In this document: positions 25,926-43,300 of the stretch, in pieces
How positions within the stretch are numbered: position 1 is the first letter of the stretch
Layout of the letters: every line of letters begins with the position of its first letter
Origin: an uncultured bacterium
GTDB lineage: Bacteria > Krumholzibacteriota > Krumholzibacteriia > LZORAL124-64-63
NCBI GenBank assembly: GCA_963732385.1
Contig: CAVSZB010000003.1
Location: 352,001-416,000 of the forward strand
DNA length: 64,000 nucleotides
Direction of reading: 5' to 3'
The notes under the pieces: generated by a model
Told to the model about the DNA's origin: nothing
Database searches by the model: none
Seen by the model: only the letters and a program-made list of their open reading frames with translations
Translations under genes and position numbers: made by a program

Positions 25926-27194
25926 GTGAAGCGCGAAGCGGGAATCGTGACGTTCGCCCTGACGGTGTTGCTGAGCGTGGCGACGGCGGCGGCGGCAACG
26001 CAGCCGTGCGTCAAGTGTCACGAGGGGATCACCCCGGGCGTGGTGGCCGACTGGCAGCTGAGCAGGCACGCGCAGAACTCCATCGGCTGCGAGACCTGCC
26101 ACGGCGACGGGCACACCACCGCGACTGACGTCGCCAGGGTCAAGCTGCCGACCGCAGACACCTGCGGTCAGTGTCATGAAACGCAGCTCGGCCAGTTCAG
26201 CAAGGGCAAGCACGCACTGTCGTGGGCTTCGTTCAACGCCATGCCGACCACCCACGCCCTGCCGCTGGCTCTGCGCGAAGGGATGAAAGGGTGTGGCGGC
26301 TGCCACAAGCTGGGGCTCAAGTCGCCGGCCGAGATCGAGCGGCTGGCGCAGCAGGGCGGCATGCACGGGAACGCCTCGTGCGACGCCTGCCACACCCGTC
26401 ACACCTTCAGCGTGGTCGAGGCGCGTCAGCCGCAGGCGTGCCAGACCTGCCACATGGGCTTCGACCACCCGCAGTGGGAGATGTACTCCGCGTCCAAGCA
26501 CGGCGTGCGCGCGCTGCTGAAACAGAACGGCATCCTGCCGGCTTCGGCTGCGGCGCCCACCTGCCAGACCTGCCACATGCCGGAGGGCAACCACGAGGTG
26601 CGCACGGCCTGGGGCTTCCTGGCGGTGCGGCTGCCGCTGTCAGACGATCCGCAGTGGAAGGCCGACCAGGTTACGATCCTGCAGGCGCTCGGCGTGCTCG
26701 ATCCGGCCGGGAATCCGACCGGACGGCTCGACGTCGTGAAAGCAGCCGACGTGGCTCGGCTCACGCAGGAGGCGTTCGACGTCGAGCGCCAGAAGATGCT
26801 CGTCGTGTGCGGGCAGTGCCACGCCGCGACCTTCGCCAGGGGCGAGCTGCAGAAGGGCGACGACATGGTCCGCGACGCCGACCATCTCCTCGCCGAGGCG
26901 ATCCGCGAGATCGCCGGGCTCTACCGGGATGGCGTCCTGGCGCAGCCGGCCGGTTACGCCGCGGCGTTCCCGGACCTGCTCGCCTTCCACGATGCCCCGA
27001 CCGCGGTCGAACAAAAGCTGTTCGTCATGCATCTCGAACACCGCATGCGCGCCTTCCAGGGCACGTTCCACGCCAATCCCGACTACGCGCTGTGGTACGG
27101 CTGGAGCGAGATGAAGCGGGATCTGCAGGAGATCAGGGAGCTGGCGACGCAGATGCGCGCCCGGCACGCGGCCGGCTCCAGGGCCGGGGGCTGA
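25926..27194 (+). CDS. Periplasmic octaheme cytochrome c, hydroxylamine oxidoreductase (HAO)-like family
   Basis: Signal peptide, eight CxxCH motifs, CDACHTRHTFS..EAR.P.ACQTCHMGFDHPQWEMY..SKHG, C-terminal FHANPDYALWYGW. Confidence 0.88.
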   Translation: MKREAGIVTFALTVLLSVATAAAATQPCVKCHEGITPGVVADWQLSRHAQNSIGCETCHGDGHTTATDVARVKLPTADTCGQCHETQLGQFSKGKHALSWASFNAMPTTHALPLALREGMKGCGGCHKLGLKSPAEIERLAQQGGMHGNASCDACHTRHTFSVVEARQPQACQTCHMGFDHPQWEMYSASKHGVRALLKQNGILPASAAAPTCQTCHMPEGNHEVRTAWGFLAVRLPLSDDPQWKADQVTILQALGVLDPAGNPTGRLDVVKAADVARLTQEAFDVERQKMLVVCGQCHAATFARGELQKGDDMVRDADHLLAEAIREIAGLYRDGVLAQPAGYAAAFPDLLAFHDAPTAVEQKLFVMHLEHRMRAFQGTFHANPDYALWYGWSEMKRDLQEIRELATQMRARHAAGSRAGG

Positions 27195-27294
27195 GCGCTG
27201 GCGGGCCCGCGCATCTTCTGTTACCGTGCATCGACGCGCGTCCGCCCGGCCGCGCGTCGTTGCATGTGCGGGTCATACAGGAGGAGAAGACGGC

Positions 27295-27927
27295 ATGAGG
27301 AAGACGTTCCTGCTCATCGCGATGTCGGCCCTGCTGGCGATCGGTTGCTCGGGAGACAAAGGCGCCGGCGCGGCGAAGTCCGGCGGCTCGCTCAAGGGGG
27401 CCGGGGGCGCGGCGCTCGATGGCAGTGAAGTCTCGATCGCCGGCGTGATTGTCAGGGCTCCCGGGGTCTGGAAGGACTTCGGCCCGAGCGGCATGCGCGC
27501 CGCCAGCTACGCCTTCGGTCCGGCCCGTGGCGATGCTGATTCGGCAACCGTGGCGGTCTTCTACTTCGGCAAGCAGGGCGGCGGCGCCATCGAGGATAAT
27601 TTCGACCGCTGGCTCGGCCAGATGGCGATGCCAGATGGCGGCGATCCGCGCCAGGCCGCCAGGCGCGCCGACGGCACGGCCGACGGCATGCCTTTCCACC
27701 ACATGGAAGTGGCCGGCGCCTACAACGGCGCCGCGATGGGCGGCGGCATGGGCGGCGGCATGGGCGGAGGCGGTGGCGGCGCGCGCGCCGGCTATTTCAT
27801 GTCGGCGGCCGTGCTCGAGGGGCCGCAGGGGAGCGTATTCTTCAAGCTTACCGGACCGGAGAAGACGGCTCGGGAGATGAACGACGCCTTCCTGGCGATG
27901 CTGCAGGCGGCGCGGAAGGCGCAGTAG
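27295..27927 (+). CDS. Lipoprotein of unknown function
   Basis: Lipobox LAIGC; conserved-looking GGGAIEDNFDRWLGQM and GSVFFKLTGP; GGGM low-complexity loop. Confidence 0.7.
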   Translation: MRKTFLLIAMSALLAIGCSGDKGAGAAKSGGSLKGAGGAALDGSEVSIAGVIVRAPGVWKDFGPSGMRAASYAFGPARGDADSATVAVFYFGKQGGGAIEDNFDRWLGQMAMPDGGDPRQAARRADGTADGMPFHHMEVAGAYNGAAMGGGMGGGMGGGGGGARAGYFMSAAVLEGPQGSVFFKLTGPEKTAREMNDAFLAMLQAARKAQ

Positions 27928-27965
27928 CGTCGTTCTCCGGTCAGGATGTCCGCTGACGGACCCGT

Positions 27966-28712
27966 TTACCGGTTCTCGACGTCGAGCCAGCGCGTTCGCT
28001 TCTTGATGGTCCTCAGCACCAGCCAGATCACCAGGCCGATGGCCAGCAAGGCGGTCCACAGGGGGTCCGGCTCCAGCCGTCCGTACAGGAAGTAATCCTC
28101 GGTGAGTTCCAGGACGAACATCGTCACGATGATCGCGAAGAAACCGTGATACTCGCGCCGCACGGCGTTGCGTACCGAAAACGGCAGCTCGAACGGGCGC
28201 CATCGCCGCAGGTCGGGAACGAAGGCGGGCACGCGGCTCGCCCACTCGTCGAACCCGGAACCGAACTTGCGCCGCAGGAAAGCCTCCTCCGCATACATGA
28301 TCCGCTCGTAGTACAGCCAGAAAGCGAGCACGCTGATGAGCGCCAGCCACCAGGTGTGCGCGAAAAGCCCCAGGGCGAGATAGATGAAGAAATTGCCGAG
28401 GTAGAGCGGGTGTCGGACAACTGAGTACAGCCCATCGGTGCTGAGCGAGTTGGCGATCTGCCGCTTCGTGTTCCGACCGGAGGTTCCCTGCGGGGCATGC
28501 CCTATCGCCACGATCCGGATGGCCAGGCCGATGAACGCCACAGCCAGACACATCATCTCCCACAGATGATCGCGATTCTCGTCGTGGTTCGACTGGTCCA
28601 CGTTCCGGAATCCCCAAACGATCACGACCAGCAGAATTAGCGGCAGGAGGCTTCGCCGCCTGAACAGCCAGTTGCCGTTGCTCTCGAACTCTTCGGGCAG
28701 CGCCACCGCCAT
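27966..28712 (-). CDS. lmtA: ICMT/PEMT-family membrane methyltransferase, LmtA-like (lipid A 1-phosphate O-methyltransferase)
   Basis: ALPEEFESNGNWLFRRRS, GTSGRNT..QIANSL.T.G.YSVVRHPLYLGNF, YYERIMYAEEAFL, VPAFVP, RREYHG. Symbol assigned from recalled similarity to Leptospira LmtA. Confidence 0.7.
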   Translation of the reverse strand: MAVALPEEFESNGNWLFRRRSLLPLILLVVIVWGFRNVDQSNHDENRDHLWEMMCLAVAFIGLAIRIVAIGHAPQGTSGRNTKRQIANSLSTDGLYSVVRHPLYLGNFFIYLALGLFAHTWWLALISVLAFWLYYERIMYAEEAFLRRKFGSGFDEWASRVPAFVPDLRRWRPFELPFSVRNAVRREYHGFFAIIVTMFVLELTEDYFLYGRLEPDPLWTALLAIGLVIWLVLRTIKKRTRWLDVENR

Positions 28713-28985
28713 TCTCCTTCGTTTTCCGGATCGTCGTTTCGTTCGGCAGATGATCCGATACTAGCGTTGTCGAATGCACATCGTCAATCCGGAGCATTTG
28801 CCACCAGACATGGGTGGCCCGACAAGGCCCTTGTCTACGCGCCCGGAACTCGTATATGCTCGTTCCTCCTCGTCAGGAGCAGGAGTGGATGGTTCTTGGG
28901 GGCGATGATGCCTGGCCAGCAACCGCACATCAGCGGACAGCCACCGAGAATCCGCCGCAAGAAACCACCTGGAAGGGGCTTGGCC

Positions 28986-30392
<1,407 letters not shown>

Positions 30393-30466
30393 CACCGGGT
30401 GATGCGGGCCGGCCCGATTGATATTGCGAACCCGTCGGGCCGGAACCACCCGGATCGCTGGCAAGG

Positions 30467-30504
30467 GAAGACCCCGCAGGCACGGACTGCGGGGTCTTTC
30501 TCTC
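30467..30504. terminator. Intrinsic terminator between S8 peptidase and lpdA
   Basis: GAAGACCCCGCAG-N7-CTGCGGGGTCTTT followed by CTCTC. Confidence 0.7.
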
Positions 30505-30530
30505 TGCCGGTATGGACCCGGCGTCGGCGT

Positions 30531-31973
30531 TCAGACGGACGGACGGCGCGCCTGGCGCTGCGCCGGCGTGAACATGGCTTCGGCCGCTTCCATGAGGGTT
30601 TCGGACAGCGTCGGGTGTGGGTGGATGGTGAGGCGTAAATCGTCCACGTTGGCCCCCATCTCCATGGCGAGCACAGCCTCGGCTATCAGTTCGCCGGCGC
30701 CGGGGCCGGCCAGGCCGACGCCGAAAACGCGGCCGGTGTCGGGGTGAGCCAGGACCTTGGTCAGGCCTTCGGCGCGTCCCAGGGTGGCGGCGCGGCCGGA
30801 GGCGCCCCAGGGGTACTTGGCGGCCTTGAACGGGCGCTTGTCGCGCCGCAGTTCGGTTTCGGTGGCGCCACACCAGGCGATTTCCGGATCGGTGAACACC
30901 ACGGCGGGGATGGCGCGCGGGTCGAACTCGACCGGTTCGCCGGCGATCGCTTCGACGGCGGCCCGTCCCTCGGCGGTCGCCTTGTGGGCGAGCATCGGCT
31001 CGCCGGCGAGGTCGCCGATGGCGTACAGGCCCGGCTCGGCGGTTTCGCGGCGGGGGTCGACCGTGACGAAGCCGCGCTCGTTTACGTGTGCGCGGGTTGT
31101 CTCGAGGCCAAGACCCTCGGAGTTGGGGCGGCGGCCGACGGACACCAGCACGCGCTCGAAGAGGCGGGTCTCCTCCTGGTCGTCTTTGCCGCGCAGCGTC
31201 ACCTTCACGCCGTTCTTCTGCGGCGCGAGAGCAGTCACGGTGGTGCGGAGCAGGATCGCCGCGAATTTTTTCTCCAGCCGGCGCGCCAGCATCGAGACCA
31301 GGTCGCGGTCGGCGCCGGGCAGCAGGCCGTCGGTCATTTCGACCACGGTCACCTCGCTGCCCAGGGCGGCGTAGACTGAACCGAGCTCGAGGCCGATGTA
31401 GCCGCCGCCGACCACGAGCAGCGTGCGCGGCACGTCAGGCAGGGCGAGGGCGTCGGTGGAGTCGAGCACGCGCGGCGAGTCGGAGCGCAGCGCGGCGGGG
31501 ATGGCGGGGCGCGAACCGGTGGCGACGATCGCGTGCGTGAAGGCGAGTCGCTCCTCGCGGCCGCCGGCCTCGATGACGGCCAGTTCGCGCGGGCCGTGGA
31601 GGCGGGCGGTTCCGCGCAGGTGGGTCACGCCGAGCTTCTTCATCTGGGCGCCGAGGCCGACGGTCAGTTTGGCGACGATTTCGTCCTTCCAGGCGCGGGT
31701 GCGGTCGAGGTCGAGCGCCGGCGCGCCGAAGGTGACGCCGTAGCGCGGAGCCTCCTTCGCCTCTTCCAGCGTGTGCGCGACGTGCAGCAGCGCTTTCGAC
31801 GGGATGCAGCCGCGGAAGAGGCAGACGCCGCCCGGATTGGGGGCAGGGTCGATCAGCGTGACCTGCATGCCGAGCTGCGCGGCGAGGAAGGCGGCGGGGT
31901 AGCCGCCGGGGCCGCCGCCGATGATCGCCAGCCGGATCGCGCCGGGGTCGACATGCTTCGTGCCGTCCGCCAT
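30531..31973 (-). CDS. lpdA: Dihydrolipoyl dehydrogenase (E3)
   Basis: GGGPGGY, GGVCLFRGCIPSK, GGGYIGLE, HPHPTLSE. Confidence 0.95.
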   Translation of the reverse strand: MADGTKHVDPGAIRLAIIGGGPGGYPAAFLAAQLGMQVTLIDPAPNPGGVCLFRGCIPSKALLHVAHTLEEAKEAPRYGVTFGAPALDLDRTRAWKDEIVAKLTVGLGAQMKKLGVTHLRGTARLHGPRELAVIEAGGREERLAFTHAIVATGSRPAIPAALRSDSPRVLDSTDALALPDVPRTLLVVGGGYIGLELGSVYAALGSEVTVVEMTDGLLPGADRDLVSMLARRLEKKFAAILLRTTVTALAPQKNGVKVTLRGKDDQEETRLFERVLVSVGRRPNSEGLGLETTRAHVNERGFVTVDPRRETAEPGLYAIGDLAGEPMLAHKATAEGRAAVEAIAGEPVEFDPRAIPAVVFTDPEIAWCGATETELRRDKRPFKAAKYPWGASGRAATLGRAEGLTKVLAHPDTGRVFGVGLAGPGAGELIAEAVLAMEMGANVDDLRLTIHPHPTLSETLMEAAEAMFTPAQRQARRPSV

Positions 31974-32001
31974 CGTCTGCTCCTTCCGGCGATCGCGCCG
32001 T

Positions 32002-33315
32002 CTAGTCGTCCATCACCATGGTCAGCGGCTGGAGCAGCGCCTCGCAGATCCAGCGCAGGAAGCGGGCGCCGTCCGCGCCGTCGATGACGCGGTGGTCGTA
32101 GCTGAGCGCCAGCGGCAGCAGCAGCCGTGGCGCGAACGCGCCGTCGCGCCAGACCGGCGCGAGCGTGGCGCGCGATACGCCGAGGATCGCCACCTGCGGC
32201 GGGTAGACGATCGGGCTGAACGCGGTGCCGCCGATGCCGCCCAGGTTGGAGATCGTGAAACAGCCCCCCTCGAGGTCGGCGGGGTTGATGCGGCGGGTGC
32301 GCGCACTGGCCGACAGGGCCGCCAGCTCCGCGGCGATTGCCACGATCCCCTTGCGGTCGGCGTCCCGCACGACCGGCACCAGCAGGCCGTGCTCGGTGTC
32401 GACGGCCACGCCAATGTGGGCGTAGTCCTTGCGGACGATTTCGCGCCGGGCGGCGTCGAGGCTGGTGTTGAGGCGGGGGAAGGCGCGCAGCGCGGCGGCG
32501 CAGACCCGCACGAGGATCGCGGTCAATGTCAGGTGGGACGCGGGGTGACGGGTGGCGAATTCCTTGCGAAATGTCTCCAGCTCGGTGATGTCGGCCTGGT
32601 CGAACTGCGTCACCTGCGGGACCGTGGCCCAGGCGAACGACATCGTTTCGGCGGTCACCTCGCGCACGCGAGAGAGAGGCTCGCGCGTGGTTGGTCCCCA
32701 TTGCGCGAAGTCGGGCAGCGGGCGGGCGGCGGCCAGCACCCAGCCGTGGGCGGGGCAGGGCGGTCCGGGACAGGCGGCGGCGCCCTCGATCAGGCCGCGC
32801 GCGCGCGCCTTCACGTCGTCTTCGCTGATGCGGCCGGACGGGCCGCTGCCGGCGACGGTGTCGATCGCCACGCCGAGTTCGCGGGCGAGGCGTCGAACGG
32901 ACGGCGAGGCGGGAGCGGGGGCGTTGTCGGGCGGGGAGCCGTCGTCCCGGTCGGGCGCTGGCGCGGCGGCGCGCGAGGGGGCGGCAAGGGGCGGGGTGGT
33001 CGGCTGTGCCGCGGGGGGTGCGGCCGCTACGGCTGGTGAGACGGGCGCTGACGGGGGCGCGTCCGGTGTCGCCACGTCTGAGGTCTCGAGCCGCGCGATG
33101 AGGGCGCCGATGGCGATGGTCTCGCCCGCCGTCACGCTGATCTCGGTGATCCGGCCCGCCAGCGGCGAGGGGATCTCCACCACCGCCTTGTCGGTCTCGA
33201 GTTCGATGAGCGCCTGTTCGGCCGCGATCGTGTCGCCGGGGGCGACGAGCACGCTCACCACCTTGCCCTGCTTGACGTTCTCCGACACCGATGGCACGCG
33301 CACTTCCGTGATCAT
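32002..33315 (-). CDS. aceF: Dihydrolipoamide acetyltransferase (E2), one lipoyl domain
   Basis: ETDKA lipoyl site, ASPSVRRLARELGV..V.GSGPSGRI, FTISNLGGIGG, YDHRVIDGA. Confidence 0.93.
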   Translation of the reverse strand: MITEVRVPSVSENVKQGKVVSVLVAPGDTIAAEQALIELETDKAVVEIPSPLAGRITEISVTAGETIAIGALIARLETSDVATPDAPPSAPVSPAVAAAPPAAQPTTPPLAAPSRAAAPAPDRDDGSPPDNAPAPASPSVRRLARELGVAIDTVAGSGPSGRISEDDVKARARGLIEGAAACPGPPCPAHGWVLAAARPLPDFAQWGPTTREPLSRVREVTAETMSFAWATVPQVTQFDQADITELETFRKEFATRHPASHLTLTAILVRVCAAALRAFPRLNTSLDAARREIVRKDYAHIGVAVDTEHGLLVPVVRDADRKGIVAIAAELAALSASARTRRINPADLEGGCFTISNLGGIGGTAFSPIVYPPQVAILGVSRATLAPVWRDGAFAPRLLLPLALSYDHRVIDGADGARFLRWICEALLQPLTMVMDD

Positions 33316-33341
33316 CGTCCCTCTCCTTGCGGCCGCGGCGT

Positions 33342-36095
<2,754 letters not shown>

Positions 36096-36160
36096 GGCGG
36101 TGATCTCCCTGGCGCGGGGCGGTTGGGGGGAGGATGAGGCGCAAATCCCCTCGCTGAAAC

Positions 36161-36188
36161 ACTCTAGCGCCACGCGGCGGCCTGTCAA
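36161..36188 (-). promoter_or_regulatory. sigma70 promoter of the PDH operon
   Basis: TTGACA-N16-TAGAGT on the minus strand. Confidence 0.6.
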
Positions 36189-36206
36189 CCGCCGCCCCCT
36201 TTTCGC

Positions 36207-36233
36207 TCAATGTCGCCAGCCAGGAGTCGATAT
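36207..36233 (+). promoter_or_regulatory. sigma28-like promoter
   Basis: TCAA-N15-GTCGATAT upstream of the hybrid kinase at 36326. Confidence 0.55.
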
Positions 36234-36325
36234 CAATCCGGAGCGCCGGGAGACGGCGCGCTAATGCCTCGCCCACGCGTGTCTGGCCAGCCCGCGGTGC
36301 ATCAGGATTGTACTGACGCCGGAGT

Positions 36326-39595
<3,270 letters not shown>

Positions 39596-39753
39596 GCGGC
39601 GACGCCTGCGGTCCGTCCCGGCCGCAGTTTCCGGCGTCTGAGATCGGATGATTGACGTTGGTTCATGAACGCGAGAGGGGTTATCATCACCCCCACCCCC
39701 GCCGCGGCACTTTTCCCGCGGCGGCCACGCTCGCCTTGCGCGGGGAGGAACCG

Positions 39754-40227
39754 ATGGGCCGCGTCTCGCTTCGTCGACTCGTTCTGCTGGTTATCCTGCT
39801 GGTGGTCGTGGGGATCCAGTTCTTCCCGACCAGCCTCGACCGTGTGCCGGCCGATCCTTTCCAGGCGCTCGAGGCGACCCTGCAGCCCGGACCCGAAGTG
39901 GCCGGCATGTTGCGCCGCGCCTGCAACGACTGCCACGGGATCGCGCGCGCGTGGCCGTGGTACGCCAGCGTGGCGCCCGCCTCGTGGCTGGTCGCCCATG
40001 ACGTGAGCGAGGCGAAGGAGCAGGCGGATTTCGCGCACTGGGCCCAGTATTCCCCGCACACCCAGGCCAGGCTGCTCGAGAAGATGTGCGAGGAGGTGCA
40101 GAAGGGGGAGATGCCGCTCAGGCAGTACCTCTGGATGCACCGCGAAGCGGGGCTCTCGCCGGCCGAGGGGCAGCTCTTCTGCGCCTGGACCGACCGCGAG
40201 CGGGCGAAGCTGGACGGCGGGCGCTAG
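39754..40227 (+). CDS. Haem-binding domain monoheme cytochrome c
   Basis: N-terminal TM, ACNDCH, WPWYASVAPASWLVAHDV, GEMPLRQYLWMH. RBS GGGGAGG. Confidence 0.8.
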   Translation: MGRVSLRRLVLLVILLVVVGIQFFPTSLDRVPADPFQALEATLQPGPEVAGMLRRACNDCHGIARAWPWYASVAPASWLVAHDVSEAKEQADFAHWAQYSPHTQARLLEKMCEEVQKGEMPLRQYLWMHREAGLSPAEGQLFCAWTDRERAKLDGGR

Positions 40228-40243
40228 CGTCCGTGCCCGGCGC

Positions 40244-41287
40244 TCAGCGCGGCGCCTCCCGCAGGATCTCCGCCAGCAGCGCGCGGCCCGCGGCCGTGTC
40301 GGGGATCAGGCCCGGCTTGACGAGACGCCGGGTCAGCTCCACCCAGTTGCGATCCGTCGTGAACACCTCCCGGAAGATCGGCAGCGCGCGCTCCGCGTGG
40401 CCGTTGACGGCCAGCGTGACCGCGTGCCAGTAGCGCACCTCGAGGTTGCCCGGCAGCAGCGAGTCGGCCGCGGCGTAGTGCGCCAAGGCCGCCGCGAGAT
40501 CGCCCCGCTCGATCGCAGCATCGCCGGAGTTCATGCGGCCATAGGCCCGCCATACGCTGACCAGACGCCGCAGTTCCGGCAGCGGCGCCGCGCTGTCCTC
40601 CACCCGCAGATCGAGCAGGCGGTCATCGGACGGGCGTCCGGTGGCTGTGCCGGCCACGACCAGGATCGCGGCTGATTGCACGCCGCGGATGTCGCCCCCC
40701 GCGCCCTGGGCTGCTTCAAGCGCGCGCAGCAGGCGCTCCGGCAGATCGGCGCCCGCGGCGAGCGCCGCCGCGTAGGCGGCGGACATTGCCGGCACCACCC
40801 CGTCCGCCAGCATCATGTTCGCCTGCACGCTCCAGCCGCGACCGGTTTGATGGCCGGCCGCCTCGATGCAGCGGGCGCCGGTGTGCGTGCCCACGCCGCC
40901 GCGCGCGTCCACGAACGCCACCTGCCGCACGTCCTGCGCCGGATCGGCGGCCAGCAGGGCCTGCAGCGCCGCCGGGGCGTCGAGCCCGGAGCGCATCAGC
41001 GCCAGGCCGCGGGGGCCGTAGGCCGGTTCCGCGAACGACTGCGTGGCGACGGCGCCGACCCCCGCCTCGGCCCAGGTCACCACCGAACCGACGCTGAACC
41101 AGTGTGACTGCACGGCGACGCCGAGCTGTCCGGTCACCGAGTCGCGGGCCACGATGGAGAAGGTGTGCACGGGGCGCTCCACCGCCGCGGCCGGCGGGCA
41201 GAGCGCGAGCGTGAGCGCGAGCGCGAGCGCGAGCGCGGGCAGGCTCCGACGGACGAACGGGCGTGGTCGGGCGTGATCGGCGGACAT
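40244..41287 (-). CDS. DUF1028 (Ntn-hydrolase-like) protein with C-terminal TPR
   Basis: HTFSIVARD..TGQLGVAVQSHWFSVG, GAVATQS, GGDIRGVQSAA, DLRVED; signal peptide. Confidence 0.85.
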   Translation of the reverse strand: MSADHARPRPFVRRSLPALALALALTLALCPPAAAVERPVHTFSIVARDSVTGQLGVAVQSHWFSVGSVVTWAEAGVGAVATQSFAEPAYGPRGLALMRSGLDAPAALQALLAADPAQDVRQVAFVDARGGVGTHTGARCIEAAGHQTGRGWSVQANMMLADGVVPAMSAAYAAALAAGADLPERLLRALEAAQGAGGDIRGVQSAAILVVAGTATGRPSDDRLLDLRVEDSAAPLPELRRLVSVWRAYGRMNSGDAAIERGDLAAALAHYAAADSLLPGNLEVRYWHAVTLAVNGHAERALPIFREVFTTDRNWVELTRRLVKPGLIPDTAAGRALLAEILREAPR

Positions 41288-41344
41288 GGCTCCTCCTCGC
41301 GGTGGGTTTGCCGCCACCGTGATAGGGCTACGGCCGGCCGGCTG

Positions 41345-43180
41345 TCAATGGGCGCTCAGCAGGGGCTCCGTCGAGGCGTCGGCACGCTCCGGCGCGGCGT
41401 TCGTCAGCGCCGCGGCCAGGGCCCGGTTGAGGGTCTCGGGCTGGATCGGCTTGCTCACGTAGCCGTCCATGCCGGCGGCGAGGCAGCGCTCGCGGTCCGT
41501 GGCCATGGCGTGGGCGGTCAGGGCGATGATCGGCACGTGGCCGCCGCGCGCGGTCTCCTCCGCGCGGATGGCGCGTGCCGCCTCGAATCCGTCCATGCCG
41601 GGCATCTGGATGTCCATCAGCAGCGCGTCGAAACGGTGGCCGCGCCAGGCCGCCAGCGCGGCTGCGCCATTCTCGACCAGCGTGACCCGATGCCCGAGTC
41701 GTTGCAGCAGGGCGTTGATGTACTTGCGGTTGATCGCATTGTCCTCCGCCACCAGCAGGTGTTGTCCCGCGGATGCGGCGGGGATCGCGGCGACAGGATC
41801 GGCAACGGACCCGGAGTCCGTCGTCAGGCGGTCGGCCACTCCCAGCCTGGCCGTAAAATGGAAGATGCTGCCGCCCGTCGGCCCCTCGTCCATCCAGAGC
41901 CGTCCCCCCATCATGTCCACCAGGCGCGCGCTGATCGTCAGCCCCAGGCCGGTGCCGCCGAACTGCCGGGTCGTGGCGCCGTCAGCCTGCGTGAACGCCT
42001 GGAAGATCGCTTCGCGGCGTTCGGGCGCGACGCCGATGCCGGTGTCGCTCACCTCCACGTGGAGGACGATGTCCGTTCCGTCGGTGTATTCGCGGCGGAT
42101 CCTCAGCGCGATCTCGCCCTGCGGAGTGAACTTGATGGCGTTGCCGACCAGATTCATCACGACCTGCCGGAAGCGGGTCGGATCGCCCACCACCACGGCA
42201 GGCACCTCGGGTTCGAAATGGCAGGTCACCGCCAGATCGCGCCCGCGCGCGGCGTGCGCAAGCAGCTGCACGGTCGGCGCCAGCAGCGCCCGCGGCGCGA
42301 ACGGCTCCGGCCTCAGCTCGAGCCTGCCCGCCTCGATCTTGGAGAAGTCGAGCACGTCTTCGATGACCGCCAGCAGCGAACGGCCCGACTCCTGCGCCAG
42401 TTCGAGGTACTCCTGCTGCTCGGACGACAGGGGGGTGGCCAGCGTCAGATCCACCATGCCCAGGGCGCCGTTCAGGGGGGTGCGGATTTCGTGGCTCATG
42501 TTCGCCACGAACTCGCTCTTGGCCCGGCTGGCGTTCTCGGCGGCCAGGCGCGCGGCTTCGAGTTCGGTCGAACGGAGACGCAACAGTTCACGCGACTGGA
42601 TCAGGGTCCGGTACTGATGGTTGAGGACCACGGCCAGCCGCAACAGATACAGCATGTCGACGGCCAGGATGAAGGCCAGCATGGCGCCGCTGCGTCCGCC
42701 GGTCACCAGGCCGGCCACGGCGGGAGGAATCAGGATGACCGCGATGTACAGACGGGTCAGGCCGAGGCTTGCGCTGAGCGTGGCCACGCCGCCGGCGGCG
42801 ATTCCCGCGGTCATGACGATCGAATACAGGACCAGGCCGGTGGCTCTGAACTCGAGGACATGCCGGGTGACGAACCCGCTCCAGACGGCCGCCATCGCCA
42901 GCACGTGCGCGCCGAAGGCGAAAAACCAGGCGCCGGGCGCGCGGTCGTAGAGGCGGTCGAAGCCGTGGGCCAGCCAGAAACGCCCGCCCGCGAGCACGAT
43001 CAGGGTGAGGCCGCAGGCGATCGTCCAGCCGGCGTGATGATGGAAGCAGTCCCCCCCGACCGCCATGATCGCGATCGAGATCGGATACCAGACCACGCCC
43101 GGCAGGCTGTTCCGCGCCAGATGCCTGTGCGCCACCCGGCGCAGAATGGTTGTGGAATGCGGGCACTCGTCCAGCGGCAA
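41345..43180 (-). CDS. Membrane hybrid histidine kinase (multi-TM, HisKA, HATPase, REC)
   Basis: FVANMSHEIRTPLNG, NLVGNAIKFT, GGTGLGL, AEDNAIN...LMDIQMPGMDG. Exact start uncertain. Confidence 0.9.
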   Translation of the reverse strand: MPLDECPHSTTILRRVAHRHLARNSLPGVVWYPISIAIMAVGGDCFHHHAGWTIACGLTLIVLAGGRFWLAHGFDRLYDRAPGAWFFAFGAHVLAMAAVWSGFVTRHVLEFRATGLVLYSIVMTAGIAAGGVATLSASLGLTRLYIAVILIPPAVAGLVTGGRSGAMLAFILAVDMLYLLRLAVVLNHQYRTLIQSRELLRLRSTELEAARLAAENASRAKSEFVANMSHEIRTPLNGALGMVDLTLATPLSSEQQEYLELAQESGRSLLAVIEDVLDFSKIEAGRLELRPEPFAPRALLAPTVQLLAHAARGRDLAVTCHFEPEVPAVVVGDPTRFRQVVMNLVGNAIKFTPQGEIALRIRREYTDGTDIVLHVEVSDTGIGVAPERREAIFQAFTQADGATTRQFGGTGLGLTISARLVDMMGGRLWMDEGPTGGSIFHFTARLGVADRLTTDSGSVADPVAAIPAASAGQHLLVAEDNAINRKYINALLQRLGHRVTLVENGAAALAAWRGHRFDALLMDIQMPGMDGFEAARAIRAEETARGGHVPIIALTAHAMATDRERCLAAGMDGYVSKPIQPETLNRALAAALTNAAPERADASTEPLLSAH

Positions 43181-43221
43181 TGCCGGCGCCTCCCGGGTCG
43201 ATGATTCTCCGATTTTGAAGT

Positions 43222-43248
43222 GTATCGACAGAGCCCCGGGAGGTTTTA
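43222..43248 (-). promoter_or_regulatory. sigma28-like promoter
   Basis: TAAA-N15-GTCGATAC on the minus strand, about 40 nt upstream of the kinase ORF. Confidence 0.6.
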
Positions 43249-43300
43249 GGCAATTATGATGATCGTATTCAATGACCGGCCGGCGCGGCCGCCCGCCTCC

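Noticed and set aside
27735..27780. ATGGGCGGCGGC tandem repeats
   Set aside because: Encode a GGGM low-complexity loop in the lipoprotein.
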